Positions 9,625 to 19,541 of a DNA stretch of 64,000 bases are shown here, one piece after another (within the stretch, counting starts at the first letter, position 1; every line of letters starts with the position of its first letter). Where the stretch lies: IMG/VR virus record IMGVR_UViG_3300035180_001563, positions 58,194-122,193 of that record; one strand, given 5' to 3'. A program made the position numbers and the translations under genes. This DNA comes from a virus. Under the pieces are notes generated by a model. That model saw only the letters and a list, made by a program, of their open reading frames with translations, made no database searches and was not told the DNA's origin.

Positions 9625-11196
9625 TTACTTAGTAATATCTTCACCAGGGATTCTATTTGGACTATGTAACAAATCTTGTAATAGAGGTTTTTGACGGTTG
9701 TAATAGGAACGAGTATCTTCCTCTAAGAAAATCCAACGAACTTTAACAGCACTATACTGATATAACCTTATCAAAATATTATAAGCTGGATCATACGTGA
9801 GTCGGTGATAATCCCCATCCTTAGGATTCGTAGGAAATGACATCCCCTCAGTATAAGGTAGTCCATTTGGTGGCATACCATCATCAATATAAATTTTTGG
9901 TTGATCTCCACCATCTTGGTTAAATCTTGATAAATCTACACCATTAGCTTTTGCATTGTCAATTTCAGCTTGATTAAACTGACGAACATTAGCAGTATCT
10001 TCTCCTAACTCAGGGACTGCTGTTTCAGCAGTGGCTGAAGCTCTTATATTTGCCACAAACGCATCAGCTTGGAAAGGTAGACCTTCAACATTAGTGAAAC
10101 CATTTAGATTAGAAGAAGGATTAAGATCTCCAATGATATCCATCGTTTCTTGACTTGCTAACATTGGTAAAGTTCCTACTCGCTGGATTGATGGTTGCCA
10201 TCCAGGTGTATACCCATTTGAAGACCAGCCAACATCTGTTACTTCCAAATATTTTTTAATCAATTGCATTTTGGTATTAAATTGAGCCTCACTAGGAACC
10301 TCTATGATGTCTCCAACCACAACAGGTCTTCCAAGTGCTGCAACAGCAGTACTAATCGCAATTTGGAATGTTATGTTCTGACTCAAACTCATGTCAATAC
10401 CAAAACGAGACAAGTTGGTCAAATGATCTTGTATATCATAAAATCCTTTAATTTGAACACTCGTTGTTGAGTAGGCCCGATCTCTATTTTCAAGAAATCC
10501 CATCTCATCTTGAACATTGCTTATATCTGTAGCAGTATAATCAATCAACTCTAAACGTTTAACTATCCAAAAATCCAATGACCCACCATTGAAGTTTATA
10601 GGTCGAAGTCTCCAATATCTTGATGCAGTTGATTGCTTAAATGACACTAATTCAACATCTGGTGAATCAGGTAAATTTATTATTGCAACCCCAAACCATG
10701 TTTGATTATTATCAGATCTTTCTATTCGAGCACGGGTAATACGATTTTTACTTTCACACCCCTGCTGAATGCGAATTGTTGTGATGTGATGTCTAACAGC
10801 GGTTTCGATTGAATACCGAAGTCGACCGTTATCTAACCGGATTGGACCAAAATCATACCCTATATAACTGGATAAAGTTACCAAATCTCCTCTTTGAGTT
10901 GATCTCCATTCATTGTTATTTTTGTTGAACACATTATTTGCTGAATAATCTGAATACTCACCACTGGAAATAGGGACACCAGATCCTGTCAAATCTATTA
11001 AACTTCCCTGCTCATGTACACCCATTAATTTAAATATATTGAGAGGAGCAGATGCAATATTGATAGCTTCTGCCATTAAACTTTGAATATAACAATTAGC
11101 TGGATCAGTACTTAAGTTATATGGAGAACACACAGTTTCACTTGAAGCTGTATTGTTACAATCTGTTAGGTTTCCAACTTGTCCACAATTACTCAT
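9625..11196 (-). CDS. Neck/head-closure protein (gp14-like) with inserted F5/8C (discoidin-like) domain
   Basis: FLENRDRAY, LSRFGI, GRPVVVGDIIE neck motifs; insert with WRS..YIGYDFG..IERSDNNQTW..SRYWRL. Confidence 0.7.
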   Translation of the reverse strand: MSNCGQVGNLTDCNNTASSETVCSPYNLSTDPANCYIQSLMAEAINIASAPLNIFKLMGVHEQGSLIDLTGSGVPISSGEYSDYSANNVFNKNNNEWRSTQRGDLVTLSSYIGYDFGPIRLDNGRLRYSIETAVRHHITTIRIQQGCESKNRITRARIERSDNNQTWFGVAIINLPDSPDVELVSFKQSTASRYWRLRPINFNGGSLDFWIVKRLELIDYTATDISNVQDEMGFLENRDRAYSTTSVQIKGFYDIQDHLTNLSRFGIDMSLSQNITFQIAISTAVAALGRPVVVGDIIEVPSEAQFNTKMQLIKKYLEVTDVGWSSNGYTPGWQPSIQRVGTLPMLASQETMDIIGDLNPSSNLNGFTNVEGLPFQADAFVANIRASATAETAVPELGEDTANVRQFNQAEIDNAKANGVDLSRFNQDGGDQPKIYIDDGMPPNGLPYTEGMSFPTNPKDGDYHRLTYDPAYNILIRLYQYSAVKVRWIFLEEDTRSYYNRQKPLLQDLLHSPNRIPGEDITK

Positions 11197-12304
11197 TATA
11201 ATTTTCCTTCAACGTATCTAAGAATTCACGTTCCCATATTGTAATTAGATTATACCCTCTATCTAATATTTTTTGTTCTCGTAATAACGTGGTGTTGTAT
11301 AGATACCCAAACTTCTGTTTGGTAACAGGGTTAATTTCATTTGGATCAAAAATGTCTGGATTTCCATGCCAAAAATCTCCGTGAAACTCAAAAACTGTGT
11401 TTGTTTCCGCACAATACCCATCAACTCGCCCTACTCCAGTAACCACATACTCTCCTCCCTTGAGCTTATGTTGAATATGAATTTGATTATCTTGCTCCAT
11501 CTTATCAAGCCACATCACAGAAACTCGTGATACACCTGATAATTGTTCTATTGGATGTCTTTGACCAGAAATAACATTATTCGGTTTAACATACCAACAA
11601 CTCCCAGACTTTACATCAATATGATTTATCTTTGTTCTGGACGTAACGTACGGTTCTGTAATCAACAACGACGGATAGTTTACAGATAACCACTGCTTGT
11701 AAGAACTTGTATCATTAATTTTTCTAACATATTTAAATTTATTATTGGTTAATACTCGGATTGGTGATATGTAAAAAACATCATTACTTATCAAACATTT
11801 ATGCTTTATGGGTTTTGTTTTTGTCCTAAAACGTTCTAATGGTTCAATTTGAATATTGTTTTGTTTAATATATTGGACATATTCTAAATTAGTCATACGA
11901 GGACACCTAGACAATTCAGTTGGACCATGACCTTTTTTAAATTTCTCTGGAGAACACAACCATTCAACCCCAGATTCTTTGTGTCTGTGTAGAATTTTTG
12001 TATTAGTATTTTTATACTCTCCGATTATACAAAAATCTGGTCTGTTGTGGTTAACCCACTCAACATATTGCTGATGGGATATTTTTACTGGTGATTTGTT
12101 GTTTCTGGATAATGGTGGATAAGATGTACCCATTTTAAACTTTTCTGGAGAACACAACCATTCACCCCCAGATTCCTTGTGTCTGTGTAGAATTTTTGTA
12201 TTGGAATCAATATAATACTCTAGAACCTCATAATCTGGTCTATTGAGTAAAATCCATGCTACATACTGGTCGTGAGTTATTTTTTTCATATAGTTATTGT
12301 ACAA
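11189..12304 (-). CDS. Free-standing homing endonuclease, Vsr-like PD-(D/E)XK (EDxHD-type)
   Basis: Repeated N-terminal modules (TKILHRHKESG.EWLCSPEKF twice, 198-bp period), then RVDGY..TNTVFEFHGDFWHGNP..GYNLITIWE. Confidence 0.85.
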   Translation of the reverse strand: MYNNYMKKITHDQYVAWILLNRPDYEVLEYYIDSNTKILHRHKESGGEWLCSPEKFKMGTSYPPLSRNNKSPVKISHQQYVEWVNHNRPDFCIIGEYKNTNTKILHRHKESGVEWLCSPEKFKKGHGPTELSRCPRMTNLEYVQYIKQNNIQIEPLERFRTKTKPIKHKCLISNDVFYISPIRVLTNNKFKYVRKINDTSSYKQWLSVNYPSLLITEPYVTSRTKINHIDVKSGSCWYVKPNNVISGQRHPIEQLSGVSRVSVMWLDKMEQDNQIHIQHKLKGGEYVVTGVGRVDGYCAETNTVFEFHGDFWHGNPDIFDPNEINPVTKQKFGYLYNTTLLREQKILDRGYNLITIWEREFLDTLKENYNE

Positions 12305-12333
12305 CTTCTGGGTTTAGCATATTTATACATATA

Positions 12334-15300
12334 TTATCCCATAATAATCGAACAACCTAACCCGATTTCTTCAGGGTTAGAGGCAATACTGTTATCAAGA
12401 TCATCCAAACATTGTTGAAAACTAGCTTGAGCACGTGCCCTTAAATCAACAGCATTTAATGACACTCCTCCTCCAGCTCCTGGTAAAGTAGCATATTTGC
12501 CTCGAATTTCAGCTAGCAATTGACATGCTTCTCCGGTGGCCCAAGTCTGTATCCAGTTATTTAGATATCTATCAGCTAATATATCTTGTTCGGTTCGTTC
12601 TATAACAGCATCCATAAGCACTCGCTCAGGTCTCCAGAGATTTTGGTGAACTGTTAACGTTCTCGTGGTTTCTTCCCAAAAATACATAATATTTGAGGCA
12701 AACAACTTTTCCATTAATTCCAAGTACTCATTAATGACATGATAACTCACAAGATCAAACGTTCCCATTTGGTATAAGTGTTGCAACACTATTTGTCCAT
12801 ACACTCCTTGACCTTCTGCAGTCCCAAGGAAAGCTGATGACATTCTCATCATTCCCATAACACTAACTATCTTATGGAACCCAACTGATCTATTGGTCAA
12901 TTTATATTTTTGTTGCCCAGGCTCTAAATTAAAGAAGAACATCACTCGTTGATAACCAGCAGATCCCCTACGTCTCAGTGTCTGGAATGCTTGATCCACA
13001 CAAAATTCTAATTGTTCTTTTGTTAATTCAACTTGAACGATAGGATAACCAAGTTGTGTTAGAATATTCTCAACCATGTCCCTGCGTCGGGCTGATGAAC
13101 CATCAGTTCCAATTCCAATCTCTCTATATGATGGTCCTGGTAACAAACCATCTGTCCCCGTAGTAGGAGATTGAGCTAACCCCTTTGGAGTTAAACAGAA
13201 TAAAAGATCATCAGCTATAGGATCATTGGGAATAATAGCCATTCTGGATTGAGAACCTGAAGTTCCACTCGTGAATATAAAATGACCATACTCATTTAAC
13301 CTAACATTTGGAACTCGCTTCTTTTCCCACTTTAAATTTTTCCACTCATATAGTGTTTGATCATTGGTATTATACCATTGTGTTCCTGAAGCCATAGAAA
13401 ATGGTTGAGTTTGAAACATTAACGGAACCCATGATACTCCATTCCACACGAATAACGTTTTTGCGTCTGTGTTGTACCAGTACTGACCAACCACCAATGA
13501 AGTTGGGATTACATCAGAACTAATGTAATTAATAGGACTCCACCCCGAACCAGTTTTTATACTCCACTTATGTGATGTTGAGTTAAACCAAAATGTACCA
13601 GTAGATACGTGAGTAGGATCTGAAGCGTTGGATATTAAACATGGATTAATCCACTGCATTCCATCCCACAAAAGAATCGAATTTCCGTTAACCCATATTG
13701 TTGGTTTTACTAGTGAGGGAGCTTTAGCAGGATTAGTTGGACTGTCAACAAAGTTGTTCACGATTGTCCACATCTGATTTACTGTATCCCAAACATGCAG
13801 TTTGGTTTCATCAAAATAGAGACTATCAGCAGCGGGGGTGGTAGGATCTGTAAACCATATTATTAAATAACTTGAAATATCAACCCAAACAGCACCACTC
13901 CACTGATGAAGGGTTTCTAAGTCTGGATTATACCAGAAGCTATTAACTCCCTGTGCTATTGGAGATGTTGTAGCAGTTGAAACAATAACACTTGTGAATA
14001 TAGACGTCCATTGACCAGACATCCGATATGTCAATTTATTATTGGTAGTATTAAACCAGTAATATCCATCTGGAATGAGTCTAGGATCATCTAACCACAC
14101 AAAAGCATTTGTTGGATTCCATACACCTGTTGATGTTTGACCCGGAACGAGTGGACACCGTTGAGAAGAGCAGTCTCCATTGGTTATACCCCAACTACTC
14201 AAAACATTTGTTGTTGAGTTTAACCAATATGAACCACATGGCATAACAGGAGATAATGAAGGGTCAGTTGATTGTGTTATTGTGTTGACAGGAATCCAAA
14301 CCGAACCGTCCCAAGCAAATGATTTATTCCCGTCATACCAAATTGTATCACACCCAGGTTGTGTTGGATCTGAAGGATATGTAATATTGGCTTGTGATAT
14401 CCAAGTTATACCATCCCACATACTCAATTTGTTTGTTTGAGTGTTAAGCCACAAACCACCAATACCGGGAGAGGTTGGTACAACAGACCCCGTAATTGCA
14501 TCCAACGGTTGGTTTGATGCTCCATCCCACAAATATAACGTGTTTGTTGACGGATTGATAAACAATGTTCCTGTTCCTGGAGGAGTAGGTCCTTGTAGAG
14601 GAGAATTTAAAGTTGCAAATGCAAAATTTAAACTATTAACCAGTTGTTGATACGTTTGATTATTCGATCCTTCCACTGGAATAATATGTTTAAAAACAAG
14701 TTGTTGCTGGAGAGTACTGTTTCCTGTTAGATAAGTCTCGTCAAGAAACTCTTCATTTGGATATAAAACTCCAGGTCCATATGGATCACCATACTGATAA
14801 CCATCAATCATAATGGATAATTTGTATGTTTTGTTGACATCTAAACCAGTTCTGTCTGTAGATTGTACTCCTAGTTGAACAACCTGATACCCTGGAGTAT
14901 CAGGTTCTTTTTTACTTTGATAGTCCTGTGAATATGAGTGAGATCCTTCGTAGTGATACGTTAAGACATTATCTACAGCAAATCCAGCAACATAATAAGG
15001 CACGTTTGGCTGTAAACCGGTGATCTTCATTGAAGTGGTAGTTTTATCATCATAAAAAGCACCCACCACTAAACCTGTACCAATCTTATCGCCAGCAAAT
15101 AAATTAACATCTACCGTTGGATCGCCAGTATAAAAACGTTTATTTTCAGGGGTTTGGTTTTGATTTATTTCACACGTGTCTGCAACTATAACAATTCCGT
15201 TATAATTTAAATCATTAATAGAACATCCAGGAGCACCCTTAGGAAGGGTCCATTTTATTGTCGCTGTTGTTGGTGTTGTTCTATCAAGCGTGATCGTAAT

Positions 15301-15360
15301 TTCACGACCTTCGTTAACAATTTTATCTGGCGCGTCTGTATACAACCCTAGAGAAGACAT
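12334..15360 (-). CDS. gp13: Neck protein (gp13-like) with very large N-terminal extension (FN3-like domain and Trp-rich repeats)
   Basis: C-terminal LGYPIVQVELT.EQL, RGKYATLPGAGGGVSLN..L, IIMG end; ITGLQPNVPYYV FN3-like; many G.xWxN......L..W.G..W repeats. Confidence 0.8.
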   Translation of the reverse strand: MSSLGLYTDAPDKIVNEGREITITLDRTTPTTATIKWTLPKGAPGCSINDLNYNGIVIVADTCEINQNQTPENKRFYTGDPTVDVNLFAGDKIGTGLVVGAFYDDKTTTSMKITGLQPNVPYYVAGFAVDNVLTYHYEGSHSYSQDYQSKKEPDTPGYQVVQLGVQSTDRTGLDVNKTYKLSIMIDGYQYGDPYGPGVLYPNEEFLDETYLTGNSTLQQQLVFKHIIPVEGSNNQTYQQLVNSLNFAFATLNSPLQGPTPPGTGTLFINPSTNTLYLWDGASNQPLDAITGSVVPTSPGIGGLWLNTQTNKLSMWDGITWISQANITYPSDPTQPGCDTIWYDGNKSFAWDGSVWIPVNTITQSTDPSLSPVMPCGSYWLNSTTNVLSSWGITNGDCSSQRCPLVPGQTSTGVWNPTNAFVWLDDPRLIPDGYYWFNTTNNKLTYRMSGQWTSIFTSVIVSTATTSPIAQGVNSFWYNPDLETLHQWSGAVWVDISSYLIIWFTDPTTPAADSLYFDETKLHVWDTVNQMWTIVNNFVDSPTNPAKAPSLVKPTIWVNGNSILLWDGMQWINPCLISNASDPTHVSTGTFWFNSTSHKWSIKTGSGWSPINYISSDVIPTSLVVGQYWYNTDAKTLFVWNGVSWVPLMFQTQPFSMASGTQWYNTNDQTLYEWKNLKWEKKRVPNVRLNEYGHFIFTSGTSGSQSRMAIIPNDPIADDLLFCLTPKGLAQSPTTGTDGLLPGPSYREIGIGTDGSSARRRDMVENILTQLGYPIVQVELTKEQLEFCVDQAFQTLRRRGSAGYQRVMFFFNLEPGQQKYKLTNRSVGFHKIVSVMGMMRMSSAFLGTAEGQGVYGQIVLQHLYQMGTFDLVSYHVINEYLELMEKLFASNIMYFWEETTRTLTVHQNLWRPERVLMDAVIERTEQDILADRYLNNWIQTWATGEACQLLAEIRGKYATLPGAGGGVSLNAVDLRARAQASFQQCLDDLDNSIASNPEEIGLGCSIIMG

Positions 15361-15400
15361 CTAGTACTCCTAACTATCAATGTGTATTTATTTATTTTAA

Positions 15401-15739
15401 TTATTGTTTGATAGTTTCGGATGTATTTTTCTTAAGCCACTCTTTTAATTTCATACCCTTCCAAATGGTTGTATATGAAATTTCATCAATCATTGGGTTT
15501 TTAATATCCTCAATCTGTAGATTTACAGGCTGAGGGTCTGCGAGGTTGTCGTATATCCACTCAACTATAACTTGATGCCCAGGTTTTAATAAAATTGTTT
15601 GTTTTTGATCTTCATTAAAGACGACAAGTTTACAATACTTCGAAACGTTGTAACTAGATTTTTGAACAGGGGAGCTCTTTATAGCTTCAAGAAGCTTCTC
15701 TTTGGATTCAAGATATTCTTTAAAGGTTAATCTCATCAA
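15401..15739 (-). CDS. Hypothetical protein, possible internal head protein
   Basis: N-terminus MRLTFKEYLES resembles the T4 capsid-targeting sequence; AATAAATA upstream. Confidence 0.55.
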   Translation of the reverse strand: MMRLTFKEYLESKEKLLEAIKSSPVQKSSYNVSKYCKLVVFNEDQKQTILLKPGHQVIVEWIYDNLADPQPVNLQIEDIKNPMIDEISYTTIWKGMKLKEWLKKNTSETIKQ

Positions 15740-15787
15740 AAACTCTTTTTGTAGTTAAATTATATTTATTGGAGATTTCCAAATATA

Positions 15788-17983
15788 TTATAATTTGGGG
15801 TTTTTAATTGAGAATTTTAACGTACCACAATCCCATACCCTATAAAAACCATGATTTGTCATGTTTTGGTATTCGGTTAAACTTGGGTCATAGTTAATAA
15901 GAGAATTTTTTAACATATCTTTTCTGTAATTCCATCTGTGTTTACGAACCCCATTAACGATATAAAAATAATCAGGTGGATTATCAACAACTAAGTTAAA
16001 TCCAAGTTGATAGTACATATTCCCTTTACTCCATCGCTTATCAGCATAACTATAAATCTCTGTCCACTCATGATTTCGTTTAAAATGCTCCAGTAATCTA
16101 GATGCAATTCCGGGGATTCGGTAACTAACTTCAGTGCAAAATCGAACCAATTCGAATGTGTTTGTTTGTTTGTTCTTGTGAACACCAATCCCAGTTCGTG
16201 GAACAGAAAATGTCATCACCGCCACCAACTCATCATTATAATATGCACCATAGGCAATCTGAGAATTGTCGTTTCCTTGAACGTGATTTTTATCCAGTAG
16301 TGGAGATTTTTCTTTGTTAGTTATAGGTACAATCTTACAATCTCTTGCGTGTATTCTTGGTATTACATTATTGTTTTGTGTGTAATGTGATAGTTTTCGA
16401 CGAATAAGATCCGGTCGTTGTTTTAATTCATCAGAAAACAACACAAATACTGGTTTGTGATGTCTCTGTGATTGTTTAATTGTACTCTTCCTTTCGTCTA
16501 TTGCCGGTGGAACATTAATATTAATTATAATTAAAACAATTTTTTCACTTTCTAATTCTATAATATTAGAGGTTTGTTGTACTAACGTATAATCAGATAC
16601 ATTAATATATTGGAGCACTTCAGCTGTAAAATTGTTAGTTATTAACTGATCAAAATCACTTTCCCATACAGAAACTACATTATATCCCAAATTAATTAGT
16701 TTTTGTTCTCTTAATATTGTATGTTGATACAAGTCGTTATATGATTTATTGAGATGCTGATTGTATTGAGTTGGATCGTATACTTTTGGATTTCCATGCC
16801 AATAATCTCCATAAAATTCATATATCGTGTTGGTCTTTGGATTAAAACCGTCCACGCGGTATCGTGTTCCTGGAACTCTAAATTCTCCGTACTGTGTTGC
16901 ATGGTTAAGCTTGCAATTGTCACGCAATTCTATATACTTCAACCATACAAGCGATTTTTTTGAAAATTTGTTGTTCCTAGAGCACTGGGGACATCCATAT
17001 CCTTGGATTAAATTATATGGCCTGGGTTTCCATCTATGTTGACACACATTACACTTAACATCTATAGGTATGTGTGTTTGTTGATATTGTCCTAATACTT
17101 GAATTGTTGGTGCTACTGTTAATAATTTTTGTATAAACGTTTGTTGATTATATCTTGCATTTCCATAACAATGTGGACAATAATGTCCATTCATTAACCG
17201 TTCATACGTAGTATCCCATATGTGATTATTTTCACACTGAACTTCAACAGACTCTCGTCTACCGAGTTGATCCCCATGTTGACTACACACTGTCAGTTGT
17301 GGCCATTTTTCTTTTATATCTAATAGTGCTTGTCTAAACCCTCGACGTACAATTCCAGCACAGTGTGGACAACCTATATTTTTGTTAAGTATGTCTCCAG
17401 GTCTTGCTTTCCATCTATGATTATTTTCACACACAAAAACCAGCTTTGACCCACTACCTTCGTACGTTTGTCCTGAATCTAAGTAAATCATACTATCCAA
17501 ACATCCCGAATTGCGAATGTTCAGTTTCTCAATAAATTCATCGTGAGTATACAAATGTAAATGGATGTTATTAATTCGCTTGCATTCGGGACATCCAGAA
17601 CCTTGTATTATTGTTTTTGGTAAAGTTTTCCATTCATGATTGCACTCAACACACCTAAAAATAGATTTCTTGGTCATTCCATTAAATCCACTAACATACT
17701 CAACTTTGGGATATACAAGATTTCGTTTATCCAATCTGAGTAAAAATTGTTCAACTGATATTGTGTTCTTGGTAGATGTATGTTTAATACTACAAATAGG
17801 ACAACCGTGACCTTGTTTTATTCTAATAAAGGGTGCGTTCCAACTATGATTATTTGCACATTTCCATGTATATTTGTAATGAGTTCCTTGATATTGTTGA
17901 GCTGAGGGATCCAAATACAAACCATGTTTCTCAACCTCTTTAACTTCTACGTCAAATTCAGCTTGTGTTTTTTTGATTGACAA
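15788..17983 (-). CDS. Chimeric homing endonuclease: Zn-ribbon repeats, EDxHD-type nuclease, GNAT/Mom-like domain
   Basis: Five C..H.W....GCP.C-type repeats; RVDGF..IYEFYGDYWHGNP; ARDC/NHVQG/ELVRF/SYADKRWS/RVWDCG. Confidence 0.85.
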   Translation of the reverse strand: MSIKKTQAEFDVEVKEVEKHGLYLDPSAQQYQGTHYKYTWKCANNHSWNAPFIRIKQGHGCPICSIKHTSTKNTISVEQFLLRLDKRNLVYPKVEYVSGFNGMTKKSIFRCVECNHEWKTLPKTIIQGSGCPECKRINNIHLHLYTHDEFIEKLNIRNSGCLDSMIYLDSGQTYEGSGSKLVFVCENNHRWKARPGDILNKNIGCPHCAGIVRRGFRQALLDIKEKWPQLTVCSQHGDQLGRRESVEVQCENNHIWDTTYERLMNGHYCPHCYGNARYNQQTFIQKLLTVAPTIQVLGQYQQTHIPIDVKCNVCQHRWKPRPYNLIQGYGCPQCSRNNKFSKKSLVWLKYIELRDNCKLNHATQYGEFRVPGTRYRVDGFNPKTNTIYEFYGDYWHGNPKVYDPTQYNQHLNKSYNDLYQHTILREQKLINLGYNVVSVWESDFDQLITNNFTAEVLQYINVSDYTLVQQTSNIIELESEKIVLIIININVPPAIDERKSTIKQSQRHHKPVFVLFSDELKQRPDLIRRKLSHYTQNNNVIPRIHARDCKIVPITNKEKSPLLDKNHVQGNDNSQIAYGAYYNDELVAVMTFSVPRTGIGVHKNKQTNTFELVRFCTEVSYRIPGIASRLLEHFKRNHEWTEIYSYADKRWSKGNMYYQLGFNLVVDNPPDYFYIVNGVRKHRWNYRKDMLKNSLINYDPSLTEYQNMTNHGFYRVWDCGTLKFSIKNPKL

Positions 17984-18078
17984 ATCTAGTATCCTTGATA
18001 ATAAAGTACTATAAATTATATCTATTTATATCTAAAGTAACAACCTTTATATTTCCTCCTTTATATCCAACAACAGAT

Positions 18079-18110
18079 AAAAAAATCCCCCATTAAATGG
18101 GGGATTTTTT
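18079..18110 (-). terminator. Terminator after the major capsid gene
   Basis: aaaaaatccccca-ttaaa-tgggggatttttt. Confidence 0.85.
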
Positions 18111-18122
18111 GTGCTTATTAAA

Positions 18123-19511
18123 TTAAGCTAAGGACATGCCTGAGACATTAATTTTACCATAATAATCAGCACTGTTACCAAGAGATGTTGCCTTGTTAAC
18201 AAATGTTGCTTTACCATAACGAGTCATCAAACTGACAACAGGTTGGAAAGTCACTGGGTTGATAACAACACCAGAAGACATTAATGGAATGTAAGGACAG
18301 TAGAAGTAACCTGTGTCTATTTCTCCGTTTCCGCCTTTGTAACCAACAAGAATACTGTCGTTACCTGTTCCACCGATATCTGTAGTATCAACTTGGTTCC
18401 ACAAGTAGCTGTAAACCTTGATAGTACCATTCAATGTACCTGCAAGCATTGTGTTGTTAGGTCCCTTGAAAGAACCCTGAACGGCAGGAGCAAAAACGCT
18501 CTTAGCAGCAGATTGAAGAACGGAAACAACCATTGGGGATACAACGATGAAGTTACCAGCACCACGACGAGTCTTACGAGCAATTTCGTTCGCAACGTAA
18601 TTGATCATCACGCCAAGGTTAGCTAAACGATCGCCAACGAAAGTTGGGCGATAGTAACCAGGAGCAGCAGGTAGTGAACCGTCGAAAGATGCAACTGTTC
18701 CAGCAAGACCTAGAAGGTCGTTAATAATTTCGTTATCAATTTCTTGAACGATTTCTGCGGAGAGAGCCTTAGTCATTTCGTTTTCTAGATCAAGACCATG
18801 TTGAGATTGCATATCTTGCATAGCCTCAATTGTCCAACCAGCTTGTAACTTACGTGAACCAGCTTCAACAGCTTGGGACACAACTTCAACGCCCATCTTA
18901 CGACCACCTGAACCTTCAATATATGAACCACCACCACCATGAAGTGAACCAGCGGCGCCATAAGGACCAGTGGCAGCAGCATCAAGAGCTGAAGGCCATG
19001 CATGACCAGTTTCTGTTACTCCAGCGATTGCGCCTGGAGCAGGAGCACCCATACCACCAGCACCAGCAGCCTGTGCAACGTCAGTAGCACCAGCATAGAA
19101 ACGGCGAACTGCGTTTAAGTTACCAAAAGCTTCAAAGTCTGTTGGATCAACGGTACCTGGAATATTACCAATACCATTGTCGATTGCACCAGTAGCAGCA
19201 GCACCAGCAATACTTTCGTTGTACTTGTAACGCAATGTATAAACTAGTCCAACTGGACCTTGCATTGGTTGTACACCGACGATTTCTGTAGCAATTGTGC
19301 TAGGAATAATACGACGAATCATTGGGATGATGATCTTACGGAAACCAGCAATTGCGCTAGTGTCTGTAGATCCTGAAGCAGCTGTTTCTGCCAATACTTG
19401 TTTTCTTTGATTCTCTAAAAGGGTACCTGTGACTTCACGTCTTGTTCCATCAAGACCTTCTAACAGGGCTTCTTTAATTTCGCCCCAATTTTCATGTAGT
19501 TCGTTTAACAT
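18123..19511 (-). CDS. gp23: Major capsid protein
   Basis: IVGVQPMQGPVGLVY, SRKLQAGWTIEAMQD, TRRGAGNF, FYCPYIPL, MTRYG. Confidence 0.97.
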   Translation of the reverse strand: MLNELHENWGEIKEALLEGLDGTRREVTGTLLENQRKQVLAETAASGSTDTSAIAGFRKIIIPMIRRIIPSTIATEIVGVQPMQGPVGLVYTLRYKYNESIAGAAATGAIDNGIGNIPGTVDPTDFEAFGNLNAVRRFYAGATDVAQAAGAGGMGAPAPGAIAGVTETGHAWPSALDAAATGPYGAAGSLHGGGGSYIEGSGGRKMGVEVVSQAVEAGSRKLQAGWTIEAMQDMQSQHGLDLENEMTKALSAEIVQEIDNEIINDLLGLAGTVASFDGSLPAAPGYYRPTFVGDRLANLGVMINYVANEIARKTRRGAGNFIVVSPMVVSVLQSAAKSVFAPAVQGSFKGPNNTMLAGTLNGTIKVYSYLWNQVDTTDIGGTGNDSILVGYKGGNGEIDTGYFYCPYIPLMSSGVVINPVTFQPVVSLMTRYGKATFVNKATSLGNSADYYGKINVSGMSLA

Positions 19512-19541
19512 TTTTTAATACTCCTGTAGTAAGTTAAATGA

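Noticed and set aside
11941-12202. About 60-bp direct repeat as a DGR template/variable pair or att site
   Set aside because: It is an in-frame domain duplication within one ORF; no reverse transcriptase or integrase in the window
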